Part shown: positions 35,059 through 42,001 of the stretch, piece by piece | Position numbering within the stretch: the stretch's first letter is position 1 | How the letters are laid out: each line of letters starts with the position of its first letter | Assembly: GCA_003230545.1 (NCBI GenBank) | Contig: QIFB01000010.1 | Coordinates: forward strand, 1-42,001 | Direction of reading: 5' to 3' | From: Gammaproteobacteria bacterium | Lineage (GTDB): Bacteria; Pseudomonadota; Gammaproteobacteria; UBA9214 | Length of the DNA: 42,001 nucleotides | Notes under the pieces: generated by a model | Seen by the model: the letters and a program-made list of their open reading frames with translations, nothing else | Told to the model about the DNA's origin: nothing | The model's database searches: none | Program-made: the position numbers and the translations under genes

Positions 35059-36230
35059 ACACCGCTGACAACCAGTCTGCCCCCCGGACGTGGGTGGTGC
35101 TGGGTGACAAGCAGGGTGACAACGCCCAGGTCGAGGCGATCGTGCAGGCCCTGCCATGGCCCTGTGAACAGCGCCATATCCAGGTACTCGACAAGTTCGT
35201 TTTCGGCAAACCGAAAGTCGGCCCCACGCTGTATCACATCGACCGGGAACGCTCGGACCCGCTTGAACCCCCGTGGCCTGACCTCATCCTAACCATCGGG
35301 CGGCGCCCGGCCAACGTGGCGCTGTGGATCCGTGAACAGTCCGGCGGGCACACCAGAATTATCATTGTCGGCAAACCGTCCAGCATGCCGGACGACTACG
35401 ACCTGGTGATCTACAGTGCCGAGAACCAGTTTCCGCCACGCGCCAACCTGCAGGGCATTTCCCTGCCGCTGATGCGTATCGATGCGACCGCAGTGGAAGC
35501 GGCCGCACGCGAGTGGGCATCACGCCTTGCGGACCTGCCCCGGCCCCTGACCGCCTTCCTGGTCGGTGGACCGACCGGCCCGTTCATCTTTAACGACGCG
35601 GCCATCCGCCGCCTGCGGCAGACCATTGACCGGATCCTCGATGAAACCGGCGGCAGTATCTACATCACCACCAGCCGGCGCACGCCACCGGCAGTCGTTG
35701 ACGCCTTGCAAAACCGCTTGCCTGACGGTGCACGGCTGTTTGCCTGGCGCGCGGATGCGCGCGATAACCCGTATCGCGGCCTGCTCGGACTCGCCGACGG
35801 TTTCGTCGTCACCGGCGACAGTATTTCCATGATGGTGGAAGTGATCCGCCTGCGGAAACCGCTGGCGATCTTCCCGTTACCGGTTGGCAAGGTGGGCGCC
35901 GTTGACCAGCTGCGCCGCAGCTTCACGCGCCGGCTGTTCGCGCCGGCCAGCGGTGCAACACTGGACCGGCTGCGTACCGGCCTGTGCAAGCTGCTGTATG
36001 CCATGCGCATCGTGACCCATACACGGGATTTTACCGCCTTCAACGAAAGCCTGGTGCGGGGCGGGCTGGCCGGTTACGCGAGTGACCCGTTGCAACCGCC
36101 GAGCGGGGAGGTACCGGATGACCTGGCACTGGCCGTGCAGCGGATCATTGCCGTGGTGGACGGCAAACCGCAGGTTGGTGCCGAGCGTAGCCCGGATGAA
36201 GGCCGCAAGGCCGTAAGCCGGGAAACATGA
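35055..36230 (+). CDS. ELM1/GtrOC1 family putative glycosyltransferase
   Basis: WVVLGDK.GDN.Q, PPWPDL, LVGG, TTSRRTP, NPY.GLL and VVTGDSISM; ATGA overlap with ST4. Confidence 0.85.
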   Translation: MNTADNQSAPRTWVVLGDKQGDNAQVEAIVQALPWPCEQRHIQVLDKFVFGKPKVGPTLYHIDRERSDPLEPPWPDLILTIGRRPANVALWIREQSGGHTRIIIVGKPSSMPDDYDLVIYSAENQFPPRANLQGISLPLMRIDATAVEAAAREWASRLADLPRPLTAFLVGGPTGPFIFNDAAIRRLRQTIDRILDETGGSIYITTSRRTPPAVVDALQNRLPDGARLFAWRADARDNPYRGLLGLADGFVVTGDSISMMVEVIRLRKPLAIFPLPVGKVGAVDQLRRSFTRRLFAPASGATLDRLRTGLCKLLYAMRIVTHTRDFTAFNESLVRGGLAGYASDPLQPPSGEVPDDLALAVQRIIAVVDGKPQVGAERSPDEGRKAVSRET

Positions 36231-36271
36231 TTCGGAAAGTCCCGGATTCCGCTGCGCTTCATCCGGGCTAC
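36187..36271. repeat. REPIN (two inverted GTAGCCCGGAT REPs)
   Basis: GTAGCCCGGATGAAGG...CTTCATCCGGGCTAC; homologous to 37531-37626 in opposite orientation. Confidence 0.85.
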
Positions 36272-36304
36272 AGCACTATGAGGTATACAGAGGTATTCCG
36301 GAAA

Positions 36305-36529
36305 TCAGTAGTCCCGCGCCGCACTCTGCTGTTCGGCGACGGGTGAATGCAATACCAGGTCCATCCCCCTCCAGTCACCGGTGTCGATATAGTCGCGCGT
36401 ACCGCGGATGTCCTCCAGCACGATACGCCGGCATTTACCCGAGATAAACAGGATGGCCCGGACCTGGATTAACTGGCCGGAGACATTGCTGTACCAATAG
36501 CCCGGCATAGGCTGTTGTTGCATAAACAT
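36305..36529 (-). CDS. Small hypothetical protein, possible distant paralog of 13289-13576
   Basis: Strong GGAGG RBS; shares QP..G.WY.N.SG and W..M.L with the 13289 protein. Confidence 0.65.
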   Translation of the reverse strand: MFMQQQPMPGYWYSNVSGQLIQVRAILFISGKCRRIVLEDIRGTRDYIDTGDWRGMDLVLHSPVAEQQSAARDY

Positions 36530-36687
36530 ACTACCTCCTCCGCCGGGACCGGTTCCCGCGGCGTGCTGTTATTGTTATGACGTCTGCTCTGACCTGTCGA
36601 TCGATGCGCCCTCATATAGTGTTATAACCGAAAAACCGGTAGTAAATCAATGGTACCAGGGGACAGGTAGTCGTCCGGCCGGTTACC

Positions 36688-36743
36688 GGCGGAATTTATC
36701 CGCCCTACAACAACATTTTTTGTAAGGCCAAATTTATTCGGCC
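36688..36743. repeat. REP pair (GTAGGGCGGAATTTATTCCGCC family)
   Basis: GGCGGAATTTATCCGCCCTAC ... GTAAGGCCAAATTTATTCGGCC; homologous to 6190-6246. Confidence 0.75.
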
Positions 36744-36757
36744 AGACAGACTTGATC

Positions 36758-37471
36758 TCACCCGCATTTGGACTCTCCGCAATTCAGACAGGTCAGGCAG
36801 CCGTCCATCACAATGGCCGCCTTGGTCTGGCATTTACCGCACAGCCGGGCCCCTTCAGGGAAATCACTGGCAGCTTCGGTGTCCGCCGTATTCACGGCCG
36901 ATTCATACTGGGCGCGCTTTTCCGCCACCAGTTTTTTCTGGTGTTCGTCGAGCCCGTCATCTTTCAGCAGGCCGATCATGCGCATGTGGCATTCAATGGC
37001 GTCACCGATTTCCGCCACCAGTGACGGCATATACTTGCCGCCCTTCTTGAAATAACCGCCGCGTGGGTCGAACACCGAACGCAGTTCCTCGACCAGGAAA
37101 GTGACATCCCCGCCCTTCCGGAACACGGCCGAGATAATCCGGGTCAATGCCACGATCCACTGGAAGTGGTCCATATTCTTGGAGTTGATAAAGATCTCGA
37201 AGGGACGGCGCAGTTCGTTCTCGGTACCGGCATTGAGAATAATGTCGTTGATGGTGACATACAGGGCATGCTCGGAGAGTGGTGTCTTTACCTTGTAGGT
37301 CGAGCCGATCAGCATCTCCGGGCGCTTCAGCTTTTCATGCAGCTGCACCACGTTGTCCTGTGCAGCCGGTGTGGCCTGTACCTCGTTGGCGGCGGCTGCC
37401 TGCGTGTCTTCCTGCGGTTCGTCCCGACGGACGCTGTAGTCCACGATTTTCTTTTCAATCTTGAAAGTCAT
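36758..37471 (-). CDS. nrdJb: Class II ribonucleotide reductase small subunit NrdJb
   Basis: RPE.L.GSTYK.KTP, HALYVTIND, RPFEIFINSKNM and C-terminal CGKC/CLNCGESKCG. Confidence 0.92.
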   Translation of the reverse strand: MTFKIEKKIVDYSVRRDEPQEDTQAAAANEVQATPAAQDNVVQLHEKLKRPEMLIGSTYKVKTPLSEHALYVTINDIILNAGTENELRRPFEIFINSKNMDHFQWIVALTRIISAVFRKGGDVTFLVEELRSVFDPRGGYFKKGGKYMPSLVAEIGDAIECHMRMIGLLKDDGLDEHQKKLVAEKRAQYESAVNTADTEAASDFPEGARLCGKCQTKAAIVMDGCLTCLNCGESKCG

Positions 37472-37504
37472 GTTGAACTCCTGCAAATACCTTTATCAGA
37501 AAAC

Positions 37505-37529
37505 TGTCATTGCGAGCGCAGCGAAGCAA
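37505..37529 (+). repeat. Truncated TGTCATTGCGAG-type REP
   Basis: TGTCATTGCGAGCGCAGCGAAGCAA abuts the REPIN at 37531. Confidence 0.55.
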
Positions 37530-37530
37530 C

Positions 37531-37626
37531 GTAGCCCGGATGAAGCGCAGCGCAATCCGGGAAGATCGCATCTTGTCTGAAACAAGTTCCCCGGATTCCG
37601 GTCCTGCGGACCTTCATCCGGGCTAC
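37531..37626. repeat. REPIN (two inverted GTAGCCCGGAT REPs)
   Basis: GTAGCCCGGATGAAG...CTTCATCCGGGCTAC between nrdJa and nrdJb. Confidence 0.85.
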
Positions 37627-37640
37627 GTGTTTTCTTCATC

Positions 37641-39794
37641 TCAGAATTTTCCGTAATAGCCTTCTTTGAGGGCATCATAAAGATTGGCGGCGGTATGCGT
37701 CTCGCCGTCATACTCCACCTCCTCGTTACCCTGCAGACTGACAACCGAACCGTCATCCAGCGTGAACTCGTAGGTCGTGTTCTCCAGGTCTTTCTCTTTC
37801 ACCAGCACGCCCTGGAAGGCCTCCGGGTTGAAGCGGAACGTGGTGCAACCCTTGAGACCCTGCTCGTAGGCGTACATGTAAATGTCCTTGAAGTCCTCGA
37901 AGGGATAGTCCGTCGGCACGTTGGCCGTCTTCGAAATCGAGGAGTCTACCCATTCCTGGGCAGCCGCCTGGATATCAACATGCTGCTTCGGCGTGACGTT
38001 ATCAGCCGCGATAAAATAGTCCGGCAGTGCATCATCCTCGCCTTCCATGCTGGTACTCGCCTGCGGGTTGATCAGTTCCCGGTAGGCCAGCAGTTCAAAC
38101 GAATAGACCTCCACCTTTTCCTTGGTCTTCCTGCCCTCGCGAATCACGTTGCGGAAGTAGTGATGTGCAAAACTCGGCTCGATGCCGTTGCTCGCATTGT
38201 TGGCCAGCGACAGCGAAATGGTCCCGGTCGGTGCAATCGAGCTGTGATGAGTGAAGCGCGCCCCGGTTGCCGCCAGCTCGCTGACGAGATCGGGCGCCAC
38301 CTCCGCAACCTGTTGCATGTAATGGCTGTACTTCGCATGCAGTACCTTGCCCTTGATGCTGTCGCCCGGCAGGTAGCCGTCACGGCGCATTTCGGGCCGC
38401 TTGCGCAGCATCTCCTCGGTGACCTCGAAGTCCTCCTCCATGACCGGAGCCGATCCTTTCTCGCGGGCGAGGTCCAGTGCCACCTGCCAGCCGGTCAGGG
38501 CCAGCTCGCGGCTGACACGCTCGGTAAATTTCACCGAGGCTTCTTCGCCGTATTTCATGCGCAACATGGTGACCGTGGAACCCAGTCCCAGGAAACCCAT
38601 CCCGTGACGGCGCTTGCGGGTAATCTCGTCGCGCTGTCCTTCCAGCGGCAGCCCGTTGATCTCGACCACGTTGTCGAGCATGCGGGTAAAGATGGCAACC
38701 ACCTTGCGAAATTCCTCCCAGTCAAATTCGGTCTGGTCGGTAAATGCGTTGCGTACGAACTTGGTCAGGTTGACCGAACCCAGCAGGCAGGAGCCGTAGG
38801 GCGGCAGCGGCTGTTCTCCGCAGGGGTTGGTCGCACGGACATTCTCGCAAAACCAGTTATTGTTCATCTCGTTGACCTTGTCGATGAGGATGAACCCCGG
38901 TTCGGCAAAATCATAGGTCGAACTCATAATCACGTCCCAGAGACGCCGCGCCGGGATGGTCTTGTAGATGCGGCAGGCAACCAGGCCGGCATTGTTGGTG
39001 ATGTAGTCGCCCTTGCTTGGCCATTCACGCCAGATCACCTTGCTTGAATCATTCAGGTCAGTCCCGTCGTCGAGTTCCTTGCGATTGATGGGAAACGCCA
39101 GCTGCCAGCCGGTATCCTGCTTGACCGCATTGATGAATTCCGTGGTGATCAACAGCGACAGGTTGAACTGGCGCAGGCGGCCGTCTTCACGCTTGGCGCG
39201 GATGAAATCCACCACGTCCGGATGGCCGACATCAAACGTCGCCATCTGGGCACCACGCCGCCCGCCGGCCGAGGACACCGTGAAACACATCTTGTCGTAG
39301 ATATCCATGAAGGACAGCGGACCGGAAGTATAGGCGCCGGCGCCGGAGACATACGCGCCTTTCGGGCGCAGCGTGGAAAATTCATAACCGATGCCGCACC
39401 CGGCCTTCAGCGTCAGCCCGGCTTCGTGCACCTTTTCGAGGATATCATTCATGGAATCATGCACGATGCCGGACACCGTGCAGTTGATGGTCGACGTGGC
39501 CGGTTTGTGTTCCTGCGCACCGGCATTGGAAGTAATGCGCCCGGCCGGGATGGCACCGTGCCGCAATGCCCACAGGAATTCCTGGTACCAGGTATCGCGC
39601 AGGGTATCGGTTTCCTCGACGTCGGCCAGTGCCCGCGCCACCCGCTGGTAGGTGCCATCAATAGACGGGTCGATCGGGGTCCCGTCCCTGGCCTTCAGGC
39701 AGTACTTCTTTTCCCAGATATCGAGTGAGGCCGGCTGCAGGCTGATGTCAGCCGCGCTCGCGGGTACGGTTTCAAGGTGTACAGTGGTTGTCAT
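37641..39794 (-). CDS. nrdJa: Adenosylcobalamin-dependent (class II) ribonucleotide reductase NrdJa
   Basis: PAGRI.SNAG, INC, GGRRGAQM, TNPCGEQ, CLLGS.NL, IAPTGTIS, DSSISKT.N and GLKGCT.FR. Confidence 0.96.
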   Translation of the reverse strand: MTTTVHLETVPASAADISLQPASLDIWEKKYCLKARDGTPIDPSIDGTYQRVARALADVEETDTLRDTWYQEFLWALRHGAIPAGRITSNAGAQEHKPATSTINCTVSGIVHDSMNDILEKVHEAGLTLKAGCGIGYEFSTLRPKGAYVSGAGAYTSGPLSFMDIYDKMCFTVSSAGGRRGAQMATFDVGHPDVVDFIRAKREDGRLRQFNLSLLITTEFINAVKQDTGWQLAFPINRKELDDGTDLNDSSKVIWREWPSKGDYITNNAGLVACRIYKTIPARRLWDVIMSSTYDFAEPGFILIDKVNEMNNNWFCENVRATNPCGEQPLPPYGSCLLGSVNLTKFVRNAFTDQTEFDWEEFRKVVAIFTRMLDNVVEINGLPLEGQRDEITRKRRHGMGFLGLGSTVTMLRMKYGEEASVKFTERVSRELALTGWQVALDLAREKGSAPVMEEDFEVTEEMLRKRPEMRRDGYLPGDSIKGKVLHAKYSHYMQQVAEVAPDLVSELAATGARFTHHSSIAPTGTISLSLANNASNGIEPSFAHHYFRNVIREGRKTKEKVEVYSFELLAYRELINPQASTSMEGEDDALPDYFIAADNVTPKQHVDIQAAAQEWVDSSISKTANVPTDYPFEDFKDIYMYAYEQGLKGCTTFRFNPEAFQGVLVKEKDLENTTYEFTLDDGSVVSLQGNEEVEYDGETHTAANLYDALKEGYYGKF

Positions 39795-39896
39795 GCGTCT
39801 CGCTCCCCTCCTCGATCATGCAAGTTATTGTTTATATAGTGTTTTGTCAGGTATTTGCGGGGTCTGGCGGTATTCCCGTGACCGACCTGACAAAAA

Positions 39897-39912
39897 ACAC
39901 AAGATATTGGGT
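39897..39912. promoter_or_regulatory. NrdR box
   Basis: ACACAAGATATTGGGT fits acaCwAtATaTwGtgt, just downstream of the predicted nrdJ promoter. Confidence 0.8.
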
Positions 39913-39923
39913 GCAGAACTTGA

Positions 39924-39952
39924 AGACTATGACCGCCTTCGGGGGCTGTCAA
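39924..39952 (-). promoter_or_regulatory. Putative sigma70 promoter of nrdJ
   Basis: TTGACA-17 nt-TAGTCT. Confidence 0.7.
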
Positions 39953-40055
39953 GTTTCATTGATATGGGTATAAATATCCTTTCTCATCAAAAGGATAACA
40001 ATAGAAAACATTTGTCAATACGGTTATTTGGACGACTTCACCCTATAACAGTTCA

Positions 40056-40071
40056 ACCCTATATATTGTGT
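40056..40071. promoter_or_regulatory. NrdR box (distal)
   Basis: ACCCTATATATTGTGT, near-consensus. Confidence 0.75.
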
Positions 40072-40073
40072 TT

Positions 40074-40811
40074 CTAATATAGCCCGTCGGGCGATGGCCC
40101 GTGCGTGTGATGCGCACCGTGCTGTCGATGATCCTCCGGCAGTGTGGCCAGGGTATAGACACCGAACAGCAGCACCGTAATGCCGGCGAGGGCGCGAACT
40201 ATACGACCCTGCAGCCGGCGTGCCAATGTACTGAACGCCACGCCCATGGCGAGCATCAGCGGCAGGGTCCCCAGCCCGAAAGCAAGCATGGTGAATGCGC
40301 CATCCAGCGGACTGCCACTGGCCAGTGCCAGCGTCAGTACCGCGTAGACCATGCCACAGGGCAACCAGCCCCAGAGCATGCCCAGCACCAGGGCCTGGCC
40401 ACTGTGGCGTATCGGGATAAAGCGGCGACCGAAGGGTTCAATGCGCTTCCAGGCGTGTGCGCCGGCCTGCTCCAGCCAGCGCAGCGCCGGCCACCACCCG
40501 GCCAGGTAGATGCCCAGCAGCAGCATGAAAATACCGCTGAAGACCCGGGCGACGGGAAACCCGGTCAACGGGTCCAGCGCACTGACCTGCTGACCGAGTA
40601 GCCCCAGCAACACACCGGCAATGGTATAACTGGCGATGCGGCCCGTGTTATAGGCCAGTAGCGCCACCAGGAAGCGTCCGCGGGATGCCCGGACCCTGGC
40701 ATCGAGACTGCCGGTGAGTGCCGCGACAATGCCACCGCACATGCCAATGCAGTGCACACCGCCGAGCAGTCCGACGAGGAACGCGGCCGGCAGGGTCAGC
40801 GCGACTTCCAT
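40074..40811 (-). CDS. DsbD_2 / TauE-SafE-like membrane protein (cbb3 oxidase maturation associated)
   Basis: GGVHCIGMCGGI, YN.GRI.SY, LWGWLPCGMVY, MLAFGLGTLP and a His-rich tail. Confidence 0.9.
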   Translation of the reverse strand: MEVALTLPAAFLVGLLGGVHCIGMCGGIVAALTGSLDARVRASRGRFLVALLAYNTGRIASYTIAGVLLGLLGQQVSALDPLTGFPVARVFSGIFMLLLGIYLAGWWPALRWLEQAGAHAWKRIEPFGRRFIPIRHSGQALVLGMLWGWLPCGMVYAVLTLALASGSPLDGAFTMLAFGLGTLPLMLAMGVAFSTLARRLQGRIVRALAGITVLLFGVYTLATLPEDHRQHGAHHTHGPSPDGLY

Positions 40812-40812
40812 G

Positions 40813-41325
40813 TTACTGGTTGATGCGGGCCAGTGGCCGCAGTACGGCCGGTGATTCCAGCGGCACCCGGATGCGCCCGAACAGGCGCCAGTCATCGGCT
40901 TCCAGCTGCAGGTACCAGTCACCGTGCCGCAGTTCATCGAAATGCCCGCTGTAGCGGTCATCCCCGGTTCTGGTGAACCGGACCTGCTGGTCGTGTCCCT
41001 GGGCTGTCGGATGCAGGAAGGTCAGCATCAGTGCCTCCGGCAAGTCCGCGTCACGTGATTTCAGCTGCACGACAACCCGGTCATTGACGGCATCGAGTGC
41101 AATGCGCGCCTCAAGCCCGCGTTCTGCAGCCGCCCGATCACGCGCCAGCACCCGGTTGATGGTCTTGCCATACCGGTAGTAATCATCCACCACCAGCCCG
41201 TCACTGGTGGTTACCGCCAGGTAGATGGTCACAATGCCGCCAATGACGGCAGCCGCTGGAAAGGCGATCATCAGCCACACCCAGGGATGGCGGTACCAGG
41301 GTTGTTGGCCGGTGTCGGGGTTCAT
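40813..41325 (-). CDS. ccoH: FixH/CcoH family protein
   Basis: PWYRHPWVWLMI, DGLVVDDYY..GK.IN and HPT...HD; follows ccoG. Confidence 0.9.
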   Translation of the reverse strand: MNPDTGQQPWYRHPWVWLMIAFPAAAVIGGIVTIYLAVTTSDGLVVDDYYRYGKTINRVLARDRAAAERGLEARIALDAVNDRVVVQLKSRDADLPEALMLTFLHPTAQGHDQQVRFTRTGDDRYSGHFDELRHGDWYLQLEADDWRLFGRIRVPLESPAVLRPLARINQ

Positions 41326-42001
41326 CAGTTCGGACCGAGGAAACGTGCTTCCTGCTGCACCTGCAGTGCACTGTCATCCGTCGCTTCAAGGCTGAAGATC
41401 ACGGTGCTGCTGCGTGCCTCGAGGTCGGACTCATCGGCACGCAGGCGCGCCGGGAATTCCATGACATCACCGGCAGGCACGCGGATTGTTGCTGCATCCA
41501 TGTGCAGCTCGACTCCCGGTATACCCTGTACACCGAGCTTATAGGTATGTGCGCTGTCATCCATGTTGAGAATCTTCAGAATATAGACGTTCTCGATCAA
41601 CCCTTCATCGGTTTCCCGGTACAGGCTGTTACGGTCCCGGATGATATCGAGTCCAAGCGCCGTACGCGTGAGTACAGACCAGGCAAAAAGCGACACGGCC
41701 GTCAGCAGGATAATGGCGTAGATCACCACCCGCGTGCGCAAAATATGCGTCGGCTTGCCCTCCATGGCATGTTCCGTGGTGTACTTGATCAGGCCTTTTT
41801 CATAACCCATCTTGTCCATGACATCATCACAGGCATCAATACAGGCCGAGCAGGCGATACATTCATATTGCAGGCCATTGCGGATATCGATGCCCATCGG
41901 GCACACCTGTACGCACATGGTGCAGTCGATACAGTCACCCAGTCCGAGTACCGCCACGTCCGCACTGCGCTTGCGCGAGCCGCGCGGTTCGCCGCGTGCC
42001 G
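41325..42001 (-). CDS. ccoG: cbb3 cytochrome oxidase accessory protein CcoG/FixG, C-terminal part (partial)
   Basis: GDCIDCTMCVQVCPMGIDIRNGLQYECIACSACIDACD and IENVY.LKI.N. Confidence 0.95.
   Translation of the reverse strand, partial: ARGEPRGSRKRSADVAVLGLGDCIDCTMCVQVCPMGIDIRNGLQYECIACSACIDACDDVMDKMGYEKGLIKYTTEHAMEGKPTHILRTRVVIYAIILLTAVSLFAWSVLTRTALGLDIIRDRNSLYRETDEGLIENVYILKILNMDDSAHTYKLGVQGIPGVELHMDAATIRVPAGDVMEFPARLRADESDLEARSSTVIFSLEATDDSALQVQQEARFLGPN

Noticed and set aside
7962-36230. A single sulfur system linking the TPR-sulfotransferase, the rhodanese/FGE protein and the ST cluster
   Set aside because: The loci are separated by unrelated core genes and the FGE domain lacks catalytic Cys; there is no sequence evidence of linkage.
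37695-39047. 450-aa plus-strand ORF
   Set aside because: Antisense shadow of nrdJa.
39795-40073. Cobalamin riboswitch or FNR box upstream of nrdJ
   Set aside because: No B12-box core and no TTGAT-N4-ATCAA recognised.

Overview
GC-rich chromosomal window from a gammaproteobacterium (taxon inferred from gene order and content). Core genes: two tandem porin genes, tRNA-Gln(CTG)-rpsI-rplM, [2Fe-2S] ferredoxin, coq7, OsmC/YhfA, crp, the rpe-gph-trpE-trpG-trpD-trpC block (interrupted by a TPR-sulfotransferase-like gene), an ABC-2 transporter, a ketohexokinase-like PfkB kinase, an HU-like protein, TerB-like, hspQ, exeAB, a split class II ribonucleotide reductase (nrdJa/nrdJb) with NrdR boxes, and the 3' part of a ccoG-ccoH-DsbD_2 unit. 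Most notable: (1) a ~9.5 kb cluster with four sulfotransferases, a 2OG-Fe(II) oxygenase, a GT8-like protein, a frameshifted LpxL-family acyltransferase and an ELM1/GtrOC1 protein, a candidate pathway for a sulfated (lipo)glycan; (2) a 1595-aa cNMP-cNMP-rhodanese-coiled coil-TM-FGE fold protein; (3) a ~105-nt sRNA candidate with C-rich loops upstream of rplM; (4) porins carrying a CTTC motif, both preceded by the palindrome TGTTGC-N6-GCAACA; (5) several REP/REPIN families, some nested or absorbed into a CDS. No CRISPR array, rRNA, integrase or transposase was seen. All family calls come from motifs read by eye; no database searches were run.
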